This document shows positions 12,761 through 26,872 of a DNA stretch of 64,000 nt, one piece after another (the stretch's first letter is position 1; each line of letters starts with the position of its first letter). The stretch spans positions 140,220 to 204,219 of the forward strand of contig MU053184.1 in NCBI GenBank assembly GCA_013239625.1, written 5' to 3'. A model generated the notes under the pieces. The model had not been told where the DNA came from, ran no database searches, and saw nothing but the letters and a program-made list of their open reading frames with translations. The position numbers and the translations under genes are program-made. Source of the stretch: Lama guanicoe (Eukaryota).

Positions 12761-15489
12761 ACTCTCTCCTCCTTTCTAACCAAGTTGAGATCCATAATCT
12801 CTGACAATACTTGCAGATTCTTAGAACACGTGGCTCTGCTATGTCTGTCTGCTAGGTTCAGCGAGTCTTTGATGGGAAACAGAAGCTTGCTTGTCCACAC
12901 TAATTGCTTGGAGGGACTTCTTTGGGATTGAATTTCAATAATCTCAGGGTTGCCAGGGGTGTATTGTTAGCACTCGGTGAGTTTGGTGGTTAGGGACCTT
13001 GCAATACAGAAGGATGAGGTTTTTAGCCTTGGTTAGATGTCTTTCTGAGTACGAAGGCGTTGCACGCATAAATCAAGAAGATATGGGTGTCCGAAGCATT
13101 GCTTATTACAAAAGGGGTGCCGTTAGCATGAACCCAGGACAAGAGCAAGCTTACCAACAGCTGAGCCAATGAAACTGCTGCAGCCCCTCGTGAGCGATTA
13201 GGTGAAATGTGAGCACTCCATACCTGATTTCAGATTTTTGTGTCCCATGTTTGTCTTCCCACGATACATCCTTGCTCACAACCTGGACTCAGTATAACCT
13301 AGTCATCACTACCTGCTTGCGTCTTAGACACATCGTGGAAGGGTCTAGGTGGGACCTAAAAGTATACTGGAGGAGGGTAATTTGTTCTGTTCCTTGTCAT
13401 TCTGCAACTCACCAGCACTTGCTAACCTCCCATAGACCCCCATTCAGTTTGCTACTGGTGCTCTGAGACCTGCATTCTCTCCAGACATCCTGCTGCTACT
13501 TCATGCTGGCTGCAGGAGATGGCAAGCAAAAGCAAGGTTGCCCTCTCATCCCTCACTGACCCACGTGTGGACCCAGGCTTCCCGACTGCATAACCAGAAT
13601 CTTGTGTTTAACACAGTTGACTGAGGACTGGAGTTATCTCAGTGGGTGAGAACAGAAAACTCAGCCAGGTACCCCTGCCCCTCGTCATGCACCGTCACTG
13701 GAAGCCACTCTTTGACTTGCTGTTAAGCCCTGCCTCCCTCCGTGATCTTAACGGCCCATTCCTTAATTCATTCAGATAAGAATCCTCCCTTTCATCTTCT
13801 CTCGTACTTAAATTTTGCCTCCCTCTGGTACTTCCTCTCCCTGGTATCCCAGAGAGCCCTAAACTCGATTTATAATGCAATAGCTTCTCCCAAAAGGATG
13901 GGCTTTATCTTGCAGATTAGTTAAGTGCTTTGCTTCAATCTTTCTCTTTCTTTGCAGAAAACCCACTGCAGGCCCATAACTTTCAAAAATTGTCTTCACT
14001 CCTGAGACGTATGTTCTTTTTTCACTCTTAGAATTTGGAAATGCTTACAGTGTTTTGTTTTGGTCCACTCTGCTGAGGATGCCTATCAGCTGATGCCCCC
14101 CGAGTGGGATACCTTTAACAACCTCCATGCCCACCCCTGAAGTTCCCTCCTGGGTCTCACAGTGTTTCTGATGCCAAATCTTGTTTCTCTATTGCTAGGT
14201 GGCCAGCTTTTGGAGTGATGGGGACTATAGAGGAATGAGGAATGGACTTTGTTCTGCATAAGAAAGGATTGGGTCATGGTCACAGTTAGGGAGAGAGGGA
14301 GTCTGAGCAAGACTGTAGCAGCCAGGGGCTAGTTTCCACAGAGCAGGATTGAGAATCAAATATAATCTTGCCATAAGTGGCATCCTTCTGGCACTGGGTA
14401 ATAACAGTTCCTGGATCCCCTGTCAGGAAATATCCAAGGAGTAGAGACATCTGGCATATGTGGAGGACATCAGATGCATTAATATGTTATTAGGAGATGA
14501 TGGGAACAAATATTCAAACCAGGGACTTGGCTCTTATCAGTAGGGCTCTTGGAGCGTTAGGAGAGAAATTACCTTTTCACTTGAGATGCACAGCGTGTGT
14601 TCCGACCTGTGAGTCTGGTTTTGGAGTCACAAATGGAGATGCGCTGAGGCTGACAGAGGTGACAGCTCCTCACATATGGAAAACTGAATAATAACAACAA
14701 TTCCATTTGTGAAGAAGGGCTGGAAATTTCAACTCTAATGTGAGGCAGGGGCCAAGATGAACAGATTCAGATTGGAGTTTACTGGGCTCACTATTTCCCT
14801 TCGTAAGTGACAAAGGAAATAACGGTTGATGAAGTTGCCTCTAGGGGATCTGGGAAAGATTCTTTCTGCTATTTTAAAAAATGAGATTTCTCATAGAGGC
14901 AATTAATTACTACCAGCCATTCAATAAATGCAGCATTAGCTGGTTTAACAGTCAACCACAATATTGTCCATAACGCTTTGAACGGCTGAGTTGTAAATAC
15001 AGATTTCTGATACTCATAGAGAGGAATATCTGCGTATAAAAGGCATGGGTTGGCTTGTTTTTGTTTTCATTTTAATAAATGATGTGATGCAGCTCTGAAT
15101 ATAAAAGAAAAAATATATTTTTTTTACATTGGTTTGCAAAAGTACTGTCAAGACAAAAACTGGTTTTAAATGGGGATGGGAGACCGAATCTTGAGTCCTA
15201 GCTTCTAAGAAGGATTGACCATTTACAAAATTAATGTGTTCTAGAACACCAGTTGCTTTTGATTTCAATTAATTGTAAGAGTTTCTAAGAGTTTGGGTTC
15301 TAGAATCAGAGGCAAATCAACATGAGCCCATATTCTAGCCTGGTTTCTAGTTCTTGCCTATTTGACTAGTTAACATTGGTTACTTGCTCCCACTCCTGAA
15401 ATCAACCCTAGATTAAACTTAAGGATAGATTTTGCTTGTACGTTGGGCTCACTTGTGCACTGATGCTGAAGCTTCTGATTTAGAGGAGC

Positions 15490-17450
15490 AAGCATCTAAC
15501 AGGCGAATTCTTTCTTAAATAAAAGCTATAAATTCCAGACAAAATACCTAAAACAACTCCTTGAGGGATTCGGAGACCGAAACAAGATAGGCAGGTTTTA
15601 GAGATGACTTGGACCTTGAAGCAAGCCACTCCCATAGGGTAAGATCCATGGCTCAGTGGGAGCTGAAAGGCAAATACAAAGCCCTTTGTTTTGGGGCAGA
15701 GGAATTAGAGGTAAGAGCCTAGGTCAACCAGGGATGCCAGGGTGTGAGGGGGAAACCCTGAAAAGGAAAGAGCTAGTGAAGAGGAACTCCAAATTCTGTG
15801 TTTAAGCTCAGCCCAAGTTTCTGGCTGATTCCTAAATTAGGAATGCGTGGGACCAGCTTAGAAGCATCATGCAACTCAGGCTTAAAAAATTGAACTGAGG
15901 TCTGCACTCTCCCCACCTCAGGCTTGACAGTTTGTAGTTTGAGTCTAACCAAGTGAATTGTCTAACCAAAATAAAATGCCAACACTCTTTGAAAAAGTAG
16001 AATATAATCCAGAGTCTTTACAACTTAATATTTACAATGGCTAGAATACAGTACAAAATTACTCAACCTATTAAGTGCCAGGAAAGTATGACCTGGTCTC
16101 ATGGGAAGAAACAATTAATAGACACCTGGGCTGCTGTAATAAATGACCACAAACTGGGTGGCCTCCAACAATAAAGATTTATTCTCACAGCTGTGGAGGT
16201 CAGAAGTCTAAAATCAGTGTGTCAGCAGCGTTGTTTCCTCCTGGAGGCTCTGGGGAAGAATTTTTTCCATGCCTTTTTCTTAGCTTTTGGTAGCTGACAT
16301 TCCTTGCTCTTCCTTGGTTTGGGGCTGCATGTGTCCAGTCTCTGCCTCCGTCTTTACACAGCCCTCCCTTCTGTGTCTTTACCAGTCACATCTTCCTGAC
16401 CTTTCTCATATAAGGATGCATCGTATTTTACACCTAAAATTCTATATCCTGCCATATTAGCATTCAAATATAAACATATAACAAAAGTATCTACGGGTCT
16501 TCAAGGCCACAAAAATCCACTCTGAAAATACTTTTGAAGGAAGTATTCAAATACACAGAGAAACAAATCTAGTAGATCCTGAAAGAAATATATAAAATGA
16601 GGTGGACTAAATATTTTGGCAAAGGCTGGGTGTTTTTTGCTTCTAGAGTTAAAACTAAGAGAAGCAAAAAGAGAAAGTATATGCTTAACAATCCAGAATT
16701 AAAATTGTACACAGTGTCAAGAGGAGAGTCTGGAATGAGATATGTAGGTTGGTAGAGAAACCAAGGGATAGGAGAGCAGGGTAAAGTTTTTGTTTTGCTA
16801 GGGGGAAGCTGTAGGTATCCATATTTAAAAAGAAGGCAGGAGACGAGATTAATGAGAAAGCAGAGAATGTTCAATAAACTGAAATTAGAAACTAAAGTTG
16901 TAGCAACAGATTTTCATATATACTCATTATGAATCTAAATCCTCAAATTAAAAAGGCAGAGATTGCCAGATTAGATTAAAAATCCAGTTCTATGTTTTTT
17001 ATAAGAGGTTAACCATAATGAAGTAGAAAATTGAAAACAAAAGGATGGGAAAAGATATATCAGGTCAATATTAATGAAAAGAAAATTGATTTAATTATTC
17101 TAGTAGCAGAAAAATTAGGTTTTAAACATGAGAGAAATCTTAGGAGTTGAAAAGATCACTATATAATGACAAACAATTTGATTCATCAAGAAGATATAAC
17201 TTCTAAACATGTATGCAATTAATAAAATAGCCCTAAAATACACAAAGCAAAACTTGGTAAAACTGTAGGGATAAATGGATAAGTGCCCCATCATAGTGGA
17301 GAATTTCATCTCACCTCTTTTGTTTGTTAATAGGCTAAACAGACAAAAAGGTTGGTGAAGATGCAGATGATTTGAATGACAAAACTATCAGAGATAATCT
17401 AATGAAGATATATGAAATTCTGGAGCCAAAAATTAAAGAAAACTTGTATT
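15490..17450 (+). mobile_element. Old L1 (L1M-type) 5' region to ORF2 endonuclease domain, interrupted by an MLT1
   Basis: ~16930-17400 keeps EN motifs in decayed form (GWEKIYQ.., DHYIM..IHQEDIT.., PKIHKAK.., PIIVENF). 5'-UTR-like 'ccagagtctttacaacttaatatttacaatg'. Confidence 0.8.
16126..16430 (-). mobile_element. MLT1 (C/D-like) LTR fragment
   Basis: 'gggctgctgtaataaatgaccacaaactgggtggc...atttattctcacagctgtggaggtcagaagtctaaaatc'. Confidence 0.85.
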
Positions 17451-17558
17451 TAGTAGGTATTTAAGATGTTTAAAACTGGAGAGCTGTTTTTCTTTTTCTT
17501 TTTTTAGTGTATTACTTATATTTAAAAAATGTTACCTTCTTTTTGAGTGTTCTAATCC

Positions 17559-18962
17559 TGTGTTAGTTTTCTCTTGCTGTGCAGCAAATTACCTTAAATG
17601 TAATGGTTTAAACAACCCACACGTTTCTGTAGGTCAGAAGTCCAGCATAGTGTGGCTGGATTTTCTTCTTAGGGTGTCACCATGCTAAAATCAGGGTATC
17701 CACCAGGGCTCAGTTCTTATTTGAGGCTAAGGGTCCTTTTCCATACTCACTGGTCAGTGGTAGACTTCAGTTCTTCCTTGTTGAAGAAGTGAGGTTCCCA
17801 TTTCCTGGCTCACTGTCAGCTGTCATCTGCTCTCTGCTCTTAGGGCCACCCATACCTTTTCTCATGTGGCCTCTCCATGTTCAAGCTAGCTGTGGTTCAT
17901 GCAATCTTTCTCTTCTACCCTCCTCTTATGCCTCCGACTTCCTCTTATACCCTCCTCTCCTGCCACCTGATAAAGTTCTCTCCTTTTAAGGCCTCATGTG
18001 ATTAAATTAGTCCCACCTGGAAAATCTCCCCTTTTTTGCCAGGGGAGGGGAAGGTACTAGTATTATTCCTGTTTTTCTTTTTAATACAATTTTTAAAGAT
18101 TATGTTCTACTTACAGTTGTTACAAAATATTGGCTATATTCCCCATGTTATACAATAGATCCACGTAGCCTGTCTTATACCCAGTAGTTTGTACCTCCCA
18201 CTCCCCCATCTCCATATCACTGCACCCCGCCCCCACCACTGGTAACCCTAGTTTGTTCTCTGTATCTGTGAGTCTACTTTTCTGTTATATTCACTAGTTT
18301 GTTGTATTTTTTAGATTTCATATGTAAGTGATAGCATACAGTATTTGTCTTTCTCTGTCTGACTTATTTAACTTAGCCTAATGCCCTCCAACTCCATCCA
18401 TGGTGTGACAAATGGCAAAATGTGATTCATTTTTATGGCTGAGTAGTATTTCATTGCACGCATAGTTAACCAATCCACAACAAAGGAGACAAGAATATAC
18501 AGTGGAGAAAAGACAGCCTCCTCAACAAGCAGTGCTGGGGAAACTAGACAGCTACATGCAGAAAAAATGAAGTCAGATCACTCTCCAACACCACACACAA
18601 AAACAAACTCACAGTGAACCAAAGACCCAAATCCAAGACCAGATACCACAAACCCCTAGAGGAAAACACAGACAGAACACTCCCCGACATAAATCACAGC
18701 ATTATTTCTTTGGATATTAGTAGACAGAGGATGTTGCAGCCATCAAACCATCAGCCACTGCAGCTGTGTACCCCGTGGGGATTCAGGATGGAGAAAAATA
18801 GGATCCTGGGGCTTGAGAAGTCCCGACAATCTCTCTTGTTGAAGGTCTGCTGTGCCATGTCGTATAACTAAATCATGGGAGTGATAGATCATTAAATTCA
18901 CAAGAATCATAAATTAAATAGTGGACTCTTGGGGGTCATGCCTAGAAATTCTGCCTACCATA
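17559..18962 (-). mobile_element. MLT1 (E/F-like) LTR, split by the insertion at 18036-18824
   Basis: Begins 'tgtgttagttttctcttgctgtgcagcaaattacc' and ends 'cctagaaattctgcctaccata'. The halves rejoin across the insertion. Confidence 0.8.
18036..18824 (-). mobile_element. Composite retro-insertion: L1 3' end (minus, ~18036-18464) + L1 ORF2 piece (plus, ~18465-18715) + ERV LTR piece (~18715-18820)
   Basis: Three recognisable modules bounded by a degenerate TSD, gaaaatctcccctttt (18020-18035) / gacaatctctcttgtt (18825-18840), 12/16 identical. Confidence 0.8.
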
Positions 18963-18964
18963 AC

Positions 18965-19520
18965 CCCTCACCCATTTTTTCACCCTTGAGTCCTGTTATT
19001 TGTGTGTGTGTATGTGTGTGTGCACGCTTGTGAGGGTGAAATTCCATGACACAGTACTTTTGTTGGAATACATAATCTGTTCTATAAGAGCAATGATTGC
19101 ATTTCATAATTTACCATGTGATCGTATCTTTATCCTATAGGTATGAGTGATTTCATTTTCAGACATATGGGAGTTTTTGTAAATCTATCATTTTGTAATC
19201 TGTATTATGGTCACAGTAACAGACTGTAAAATATTAATTCTTTGGAATTTATGAAAACTTCATTTGAAGCCAGTAGCCATTACATAGGTTATTTTTATAA
19301 AGGTTCTATTTTTTTTCTCAAAATGAATTTCTGATCTCCATTTGATATAAATTTTTATTAACTGCTATTAAAATTTTTTACATTTTAGTTTGATGTCTAC
19401 ATCATCTATTAGTTTCTGAGAGAAGTATGTTAAAATCTTCAACTACAACTAATTAATTATTCCCATAGTTTTGATGTTTCAAGGCTATGTTTTAGGTACA
19501 TACAGGTCATTATATATTCC
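18965..19520 (-). mobile_element. Old L1 fragment, apparently continuing after the pseudogene at ~20876-20970
   Basis: 'catctattagtttctgagagaagtatgttaaaatcttcaactacaact...tttcaaggctatgttttaggtacatacagg' is reverse L1 endonuclease-region sequence. Confidence 0.6.
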
Positions 19521-19521
19521 C

Positions 19522-20861
<1,340 letters not shown>

Positions 20862-21644
20862 CACTAAATATTCTTGATTTTTTTTTGTCCATTTTACCTG
20901 AACATACTATCACTCCTTGTTTCTTACTACAATTTCTAGCCTTAAACTCTGGGTTATATTTTGACTTAACCCCGTTTGTTCGACATGAGGGAAAGCAAGT
21001 GGAGGTGGATCCTGGGGGTGGGGCGAATAAACTGTCTTACAGGGGAGAGGCCTCTGCCAACACGTGCAGGTGAGGGTCCTCATCAGCGGGGAGCTGGACA
21101 TTTCTGAAGCCAGAAGGTTCAGGGGAATCTAGGGATCAAAGTGTTAGTGCATCATCCCCCCGATTCCATCACGTGCTTCAAGGTCCCACTGACCTGCTGT
21201 AGTAGGCCTGCCTGTGTTTAGAACTGAGCCTTCTCTGGAAGCTCTGCTTTCTTGTGATTAAGTTCTCATCTTAGTCCTGATCCCCAGTTTTTCCTTTTCA
21301 TCCCCCAAGGAAGTCCTGTGGTTTTCCCACTCAGCTTTGAATTGATGACCCATCACCCTCAGCGTTTTGTTGTCCTTAGACACTTTAGACAGTCTCAGGT
21401 GTCCCCAGCTTCAGCCTTCCGATTCTCTTGTCCTTAAAATTCCCATTTCCCTTCTATTCTTTCAGTATCTGACTCAGTGCATTCCTTCCGCTGCTGTCCC
21501 ATCTCAGTTCAGCACTTGTGAGTGTTCTGCAGTTGCACTGCAAGTTGGTGCTGGGTGCAGACTGTGCTCCACCTCCCACTGGCAGTGGTGCCCATGGTCT
21601 GGTCCCATCTTAACACTGCTGTCTTGGACCATGGCTGCTGTTGA

Positions 21645-21990
21645 CTGTTCTACGTGAGATCTCCTGAGAGCAGGCTCTGAGACAGAGATCAGCATGTGGG
21701 GATTTTATCGGAGCATCCTCTGAGGGTCAACGGCAGTAGGGAAGGGTAGTTGGCAAGATGAGGGGGAAGATGAGGCAGACTTTCAGCATTGTCTCCAGTT
21801 GGAGCTAGGGATCTGGCCCTTTATATCTCTGCAGTGACCAGATACTGGGTGTAGGTTGCTCTGGGGATGGAGTGTGACCTGGAGTGACCTTTTTTCTTCA
21901 GCTGAGGGCAATTCCTGGAGAGCACTAGGAGCTAAGGGCACTTGGAGCAACTGCGGGAAGGGTGATGGGAGTGACACATTTGTGCTCCGG
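21645..21990 (-). mobile_element. Old ERVL-type LTR (LTR33/LTR16-like)
   Basis: 'gcaggctctgagacagagatcagcatgtggggattttatcggag...ggccctttatatctc...cttcagctgagggcaattcctggagag'. Confidence 0.65.
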
Positions 21991-22199
21991 GGAAGAATGT
22001 CAAACTCTTATTTATTATCTTGTTACCCGTTTCTCTGTCTCCTAGAGTTGACATGAAGATTAAAGGTTATATATGAAATGTACTTGGCACAGTTGATGTT
22101 CAACATATTATTATTATTAATGGTTTATTATTGATTGATTTATATATTAATATTTGCATTTATAGCCTTACAGTACTTCACCATGTATTTTTTCAGGGT

Positions 22200-25100
22200 G
22201 TTATCAGCTACAATTATCCATATTTTCCATGTGCCACTTAATCATAGCCATGATTTTGAATGGTGTTTAATATTTAATTCCAGTGGATTTGTCATAATTT
22301 ATTACATTATTTTTCACTTTGTATGTAGTTTTATGTTTGCAGTTATAATGCTGAGTTGGATATCTTCATGCATCAGTATATTTCTAGGCTTCAGATTATT
22401 TTCTTAGGCTAGAGTCCCAGAAGTGGAATTACTGGGTCAAAAACATTTTGCCAGCTTTTGATCAGGAGTGCCAAATGACTTTACAAATACATTATAGTAA
22501 TTTTACTGCCACTAGCAATATAAAGAATATCAACTTTTCTTGGAGCTTTGCCGACCATTGGTGTTGCCATTTAAAAAATTATTGCTTTTATAGATGAATA
22601 ACTGTAACTGGTTGAATGTCTTTTGTTTGATTACTGGTGAATTGCATATTTTCTAAATGTTTATTTACTAGTAGTAGTATTTTCTCGTATATGAATTATC
22701 TGTTTATGTTCTTTATTTACAAATTAATTGGGGATATTACTAGAGCTTTAAAATAATTTTATAGGCTCCTTATATAATAAAATTATTCATCCTATGCTGT
22801 ATTCAACATGCTTTGTTTGTCTGTTGTTTGCCTTTCTTTTACACTATGTTTTAGATATATAATGTTTTAGTTTTTAGATAGTCATATGGTTGATCTTTTA
22901 CCTGTAAGTAATCCATCCTTTTATAACTTAGTATCTTGTATCATCTTAAGGTGTCTCGTAAATGTTCAGTTTCATCCTTTTAATTTTTCTGACTTTTTTT
23001 AGCCAATTAATTCACCCAGAATTTATCTTGCCTCATGGTATAACATAAAGATATAAATAATTAACCAGCTATCATAACATTATTTTGTTGATAAAAGCTA
23101 GTCAAAAGAGGTGGGGTGGGGCAGGAGGTAGGAAAGATAAAAAAGCTTAGTAAGATAAAGCCCAGCCTTGGCAAGGAACAGAGCTGGAAGAAGTGGAGTT
23201 ATTCTGGAGGAAATGAAGATAGACAATTAGATATTGAGGAAGGATGTTGGAGAAGCCCTCGGCCAAGTGTGTGAAAGTTCCCACTTTGTAAAGTCTATCT
23301 GGGAAAGCTTCCCTGTCGCCTGTGTCCAAGGTGTCCTGTTTCCCTGGGGCCATAAAGGCAACCACGGTAAAGACTAAGGTGTTGTCGAGAAATCCTTTCT
23401 CTATTGGTTGGTATTTAACTCTAATTACTGCCTATTCTGTGCTCTGATCAAGCCATTTATTTTTGCATCACTACCAGACTGTTTTAGTTATTGACATTTT
23501 CCTTTATGTTCTGGGTTTGGAAGGGCTTCTTTCACCATCACCTTACTTTTTAATATACTTTACAAATTTTTTTTCTTGGTTATTCTTCCAAATTAACTTT
23601 GCGATAATTTTATCCAGTTTAAGGGGAAAAAAAGCCCATTGGGATTTTTGTTTAAATTGCTTTCAAGCAATACTTTAATTGAAAAGAACTGACATCCTTA
23701 AAATATTTAGACTTTTCATAGAAGAACATGCTGAGTCTTCCCATTTGACTAATACACTGTGTATCTCTCAGTAAAATACTCGAGGCTCTTACCCTTCCTT
23801 CTCCAATCTAGGTCACACACATTTCCCATTAAGATTCCATGTTCGTATTTTATATTTTTTTGTTCTATTGGGAATGGGTTTCTTTCCCCCCATGAAATGT
23901 TCTATATCTTTATGTTATAATTTTATTGATTTTTAAAAGTTGACTCAGTATTTTTTCAATGGATTTCTGAAAATAGTAGTAACTTCCCTGTTTCCTTTCT
24001 AATGCACACAACTCTCTTCCTATTTCCGTCTTATTACTGGTCAGAACCTCACTGTGGATATATTTGTTTTGTGCCTGATTTTACTAGTATGGTGTATGGT
24101 GGTATCAACTTTAAGAGTGATGTTTGCAGGTTTAAAACAAAAGTTTGTATGTTCAGTGAGACATGCTTCTATTTCCACTATTAGAAGATGTTTTATAAGT
24201 AGTAGATATTGAATATATTACTATATATCGAATACTTACTGTATTTTTAATCTTTTTATGATAAGGTTGTCTCATTTTTCCTAGTTGGTTTATTGGTGAA
24301 ATTATTACAGTTTCTAGTAGTGATCTGTCCGTGCTCTTCAGAAATAATCTGTATTTGATTATAATGGTCAAGTCTTTAGTTACTGACTTTTATTTACAAT
24401 TATAGTTGAGATTTTCATATCTATGTTTATAAATACTATTGATCTATAACTTTTAATTCTATAACTTTGTGTCATTTTGATATTTGTTTGGAATTTTATA
24501 GCTTTTAATATTATTTTATGTTCATCAAATGTTACAGAAATTTGTTTTTTTATTGAAGTATAGTTGATTATAGAAGTTTGTAACGGTGCTTTTCTTTCTT
24601 TCTTTTCTTTAGAAAGTTTAAAAAAAAAACCACCAGGAAGAGAAACTCATGCCAGGGATTTTTGAAGGGATAGTTAATTCTATTTAAAATTTTTTTTATC
24701 TTTATTCATTATTCTGTTCAGGTTTTATCTTTCATCAATTTTAGCATTTTTTTCCCAGAGTATTACCAATTTCATTGATGTTTTCATATGTAATAGTATT
24801 CTTTCGTTCTTATAACCTGTATATCCATTGCTAACAGTCCCTTTCATTAAAAAAAAAAAAAGTTTATTGGCCTTTCTCCCTCAATTCATGTCATAGATTT
24901 CATAGTTTTAAAAAATACCCAGATATTTAGTTTTATTTAGTAATTCAGTTGTCCAAAGACAGAAGCTACATGCACACACAAATTATTAGAAAATGAACAG
25001 TACAAATATTCAATGAAATTGCTAATCTGTTCCCGGTTTTCCCTTTCTTTTGTAGATAATCATTTTCTTCCAACCTGCAAAACAAAAGATTTCCTCTTTA

Positions 25101-26700
25101 TCCTTGGAGTTTATACTTCCCCTGGTTATACCTAGGTCAGTTCTTTCAACAATAATCTTGCTTTCAACACAGTTAGTTTTCAATATGAAGAGTCAAGCGT
25201 CCCTTGTGAAATTGTTCTTCTTTTCTTTTTAAGTCTTATGGCTTCTTCTTAAAATTTAGCTTTTATTTTCCCCGAAGTTTTACATGCACATTGTTTTAAA
25301 AGTCAAGTAATCCCACAAGACTTGGTATGAAGAACATCCCTCTCCCTGCCAGTCAATCCCCCTTCCTGAAATTTTCTATTTTCCAGAGGCATCCACTTTC
25401 ACAGCAGTTTCTTAATCTCCATTTTTTTCAGTAACATGTTTATTTTATTACATCTTGAGTCTTAGTTGTTGGCATCATCTGTTGTATTCCCATTTTGGAA
25501 ATTGTTTTATCCCTTCCCCTCTCTGTTTCTAACACACACACACACACACATATACTTCCTGGTCCCCATTCTCCCAATGTGGTCCTCTAACTTTTTTACA
25601 TTTTCTCCTTATTTTCTCTCTTTTTGTCTTTTTCCTCTGTGTTTTGGGAGATTTCCCAAACTTTATCTCTCATCCTTTTCTTTACTGTCATTTTAGTGGA
25701 GTTCCAGTATTGCTTACATCCGTGTGTTCACACTTCCTTTTTTAATCAGAAATCTAATTATTGCTAGCTTTCCATCCTCAACTTCTGGCATAAAAGAATT
25801 AGATCTGTTGCATCCATCTTCCTTGCTTCTTATATGTTTTCTTGACATTTACCTTTTTTGCTTTTCATTATGCAAGAATGTCATGAGCCAGTCTTTTAAA
25901 TTGTTCCCCCATTCCCCTTTTTAAAATGTCTTTCTTTTTCTTAATGCCTTTGTTCAATTTCTTTTTTTAAAAAATAGGGCGACTTAAAACATTTTACAAG
26001 AACTCTTCTATAATTTCCAGTTGCTCCATTTGCTCATGTTTTATTGACTATATAAATATATTTATTCAAGAAGCATGATACATTATTTCCTGAATTCCTT
26101 CTGTTTCTGTGGAAGCTGTTGGTCTCAAATTTTTCTAGGAGAACTTGGTTCTCCTCTTTCAAGTTGTTGGTTGGTCTCCTCACTTATTGCATAATTTTTT
26201 TTATCTTCTGATTTTTATGAGTGAAAGTTTTTATAAGTGAAAGTCTCATAGCTTGAGATCAGTCAGAAGTGACAGCTGGTGCAGATTTCATTAAGAAGTA
26301 TGGCGTATAAGCTGCGTGTGTGTGTGTCTGTGATTCTGTTTCCCCTTCTGGGCTTCTCTGCAGAGTAATCTGTTTCATCTCTTCATTCACTTCCTCAGAA
26401 TTTTAGGAGTGTTTCTCAGATTTGTTCTCTGCTTTCTTAATCAAAAAGTGGTTACTATTTGGCAACTGCAATTTTATTTTGGAGTAGTCTTTTTGATTCA
26501 ATGAAAGCCATGTCCAATGTTATCTTATTGAAAACACAAAGCACTTGTTTTTCCTAATATTGGTATGGTTTTGGAGCAAATTCTTTTGAGAGAGAGAATT
26601 TTACTCTGATGGTGCAAGAATTAGGTCTCATTACCTTGTGCTGGATATTTTCACTGCCTTTACTTGATTTTATTCTTTTCCTGTTACTTTGTTCCTGAGT
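22200..26700 (-). mobile_element. Long, highly decayed L1 (L1ME-like) with interruptions
   Basis: T-rich tract with L1 hallmarks 'agattattttcttaggctagagtcccagaagtggaattactgggtcaa' and 'tttaattgaaaagaactgacatcctt..atatttagacttttcatagaagaacatg'. Confidence 0.75.
24546..24567 (-). mobile_element. Extremely 5'-truncated young L1 tail (~22 nt)
   Basis: Poly(T) + 'attgaagtatagttga', flanked by ttacagaaatttgt (24532-24545) / ttatagaagtttgt (24568-24581). Confidence 0.8.
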
Positions 26701-26872
26701 TAGGAGAAATGTCAACCCAGTAGTGGTGAAGAGTCAGGAGGTGAAAATTGCCATCAATCCCTTTGTGTTCTGGCTGAACACTGTGCATTCCGTCTCTCAG
26801 GCTGACCACAGCAGTTCCTGTCTTATAGAAAGAACTGTGCACCCAGATCCAAGTTCTTCCAGTCCTCCAAGC

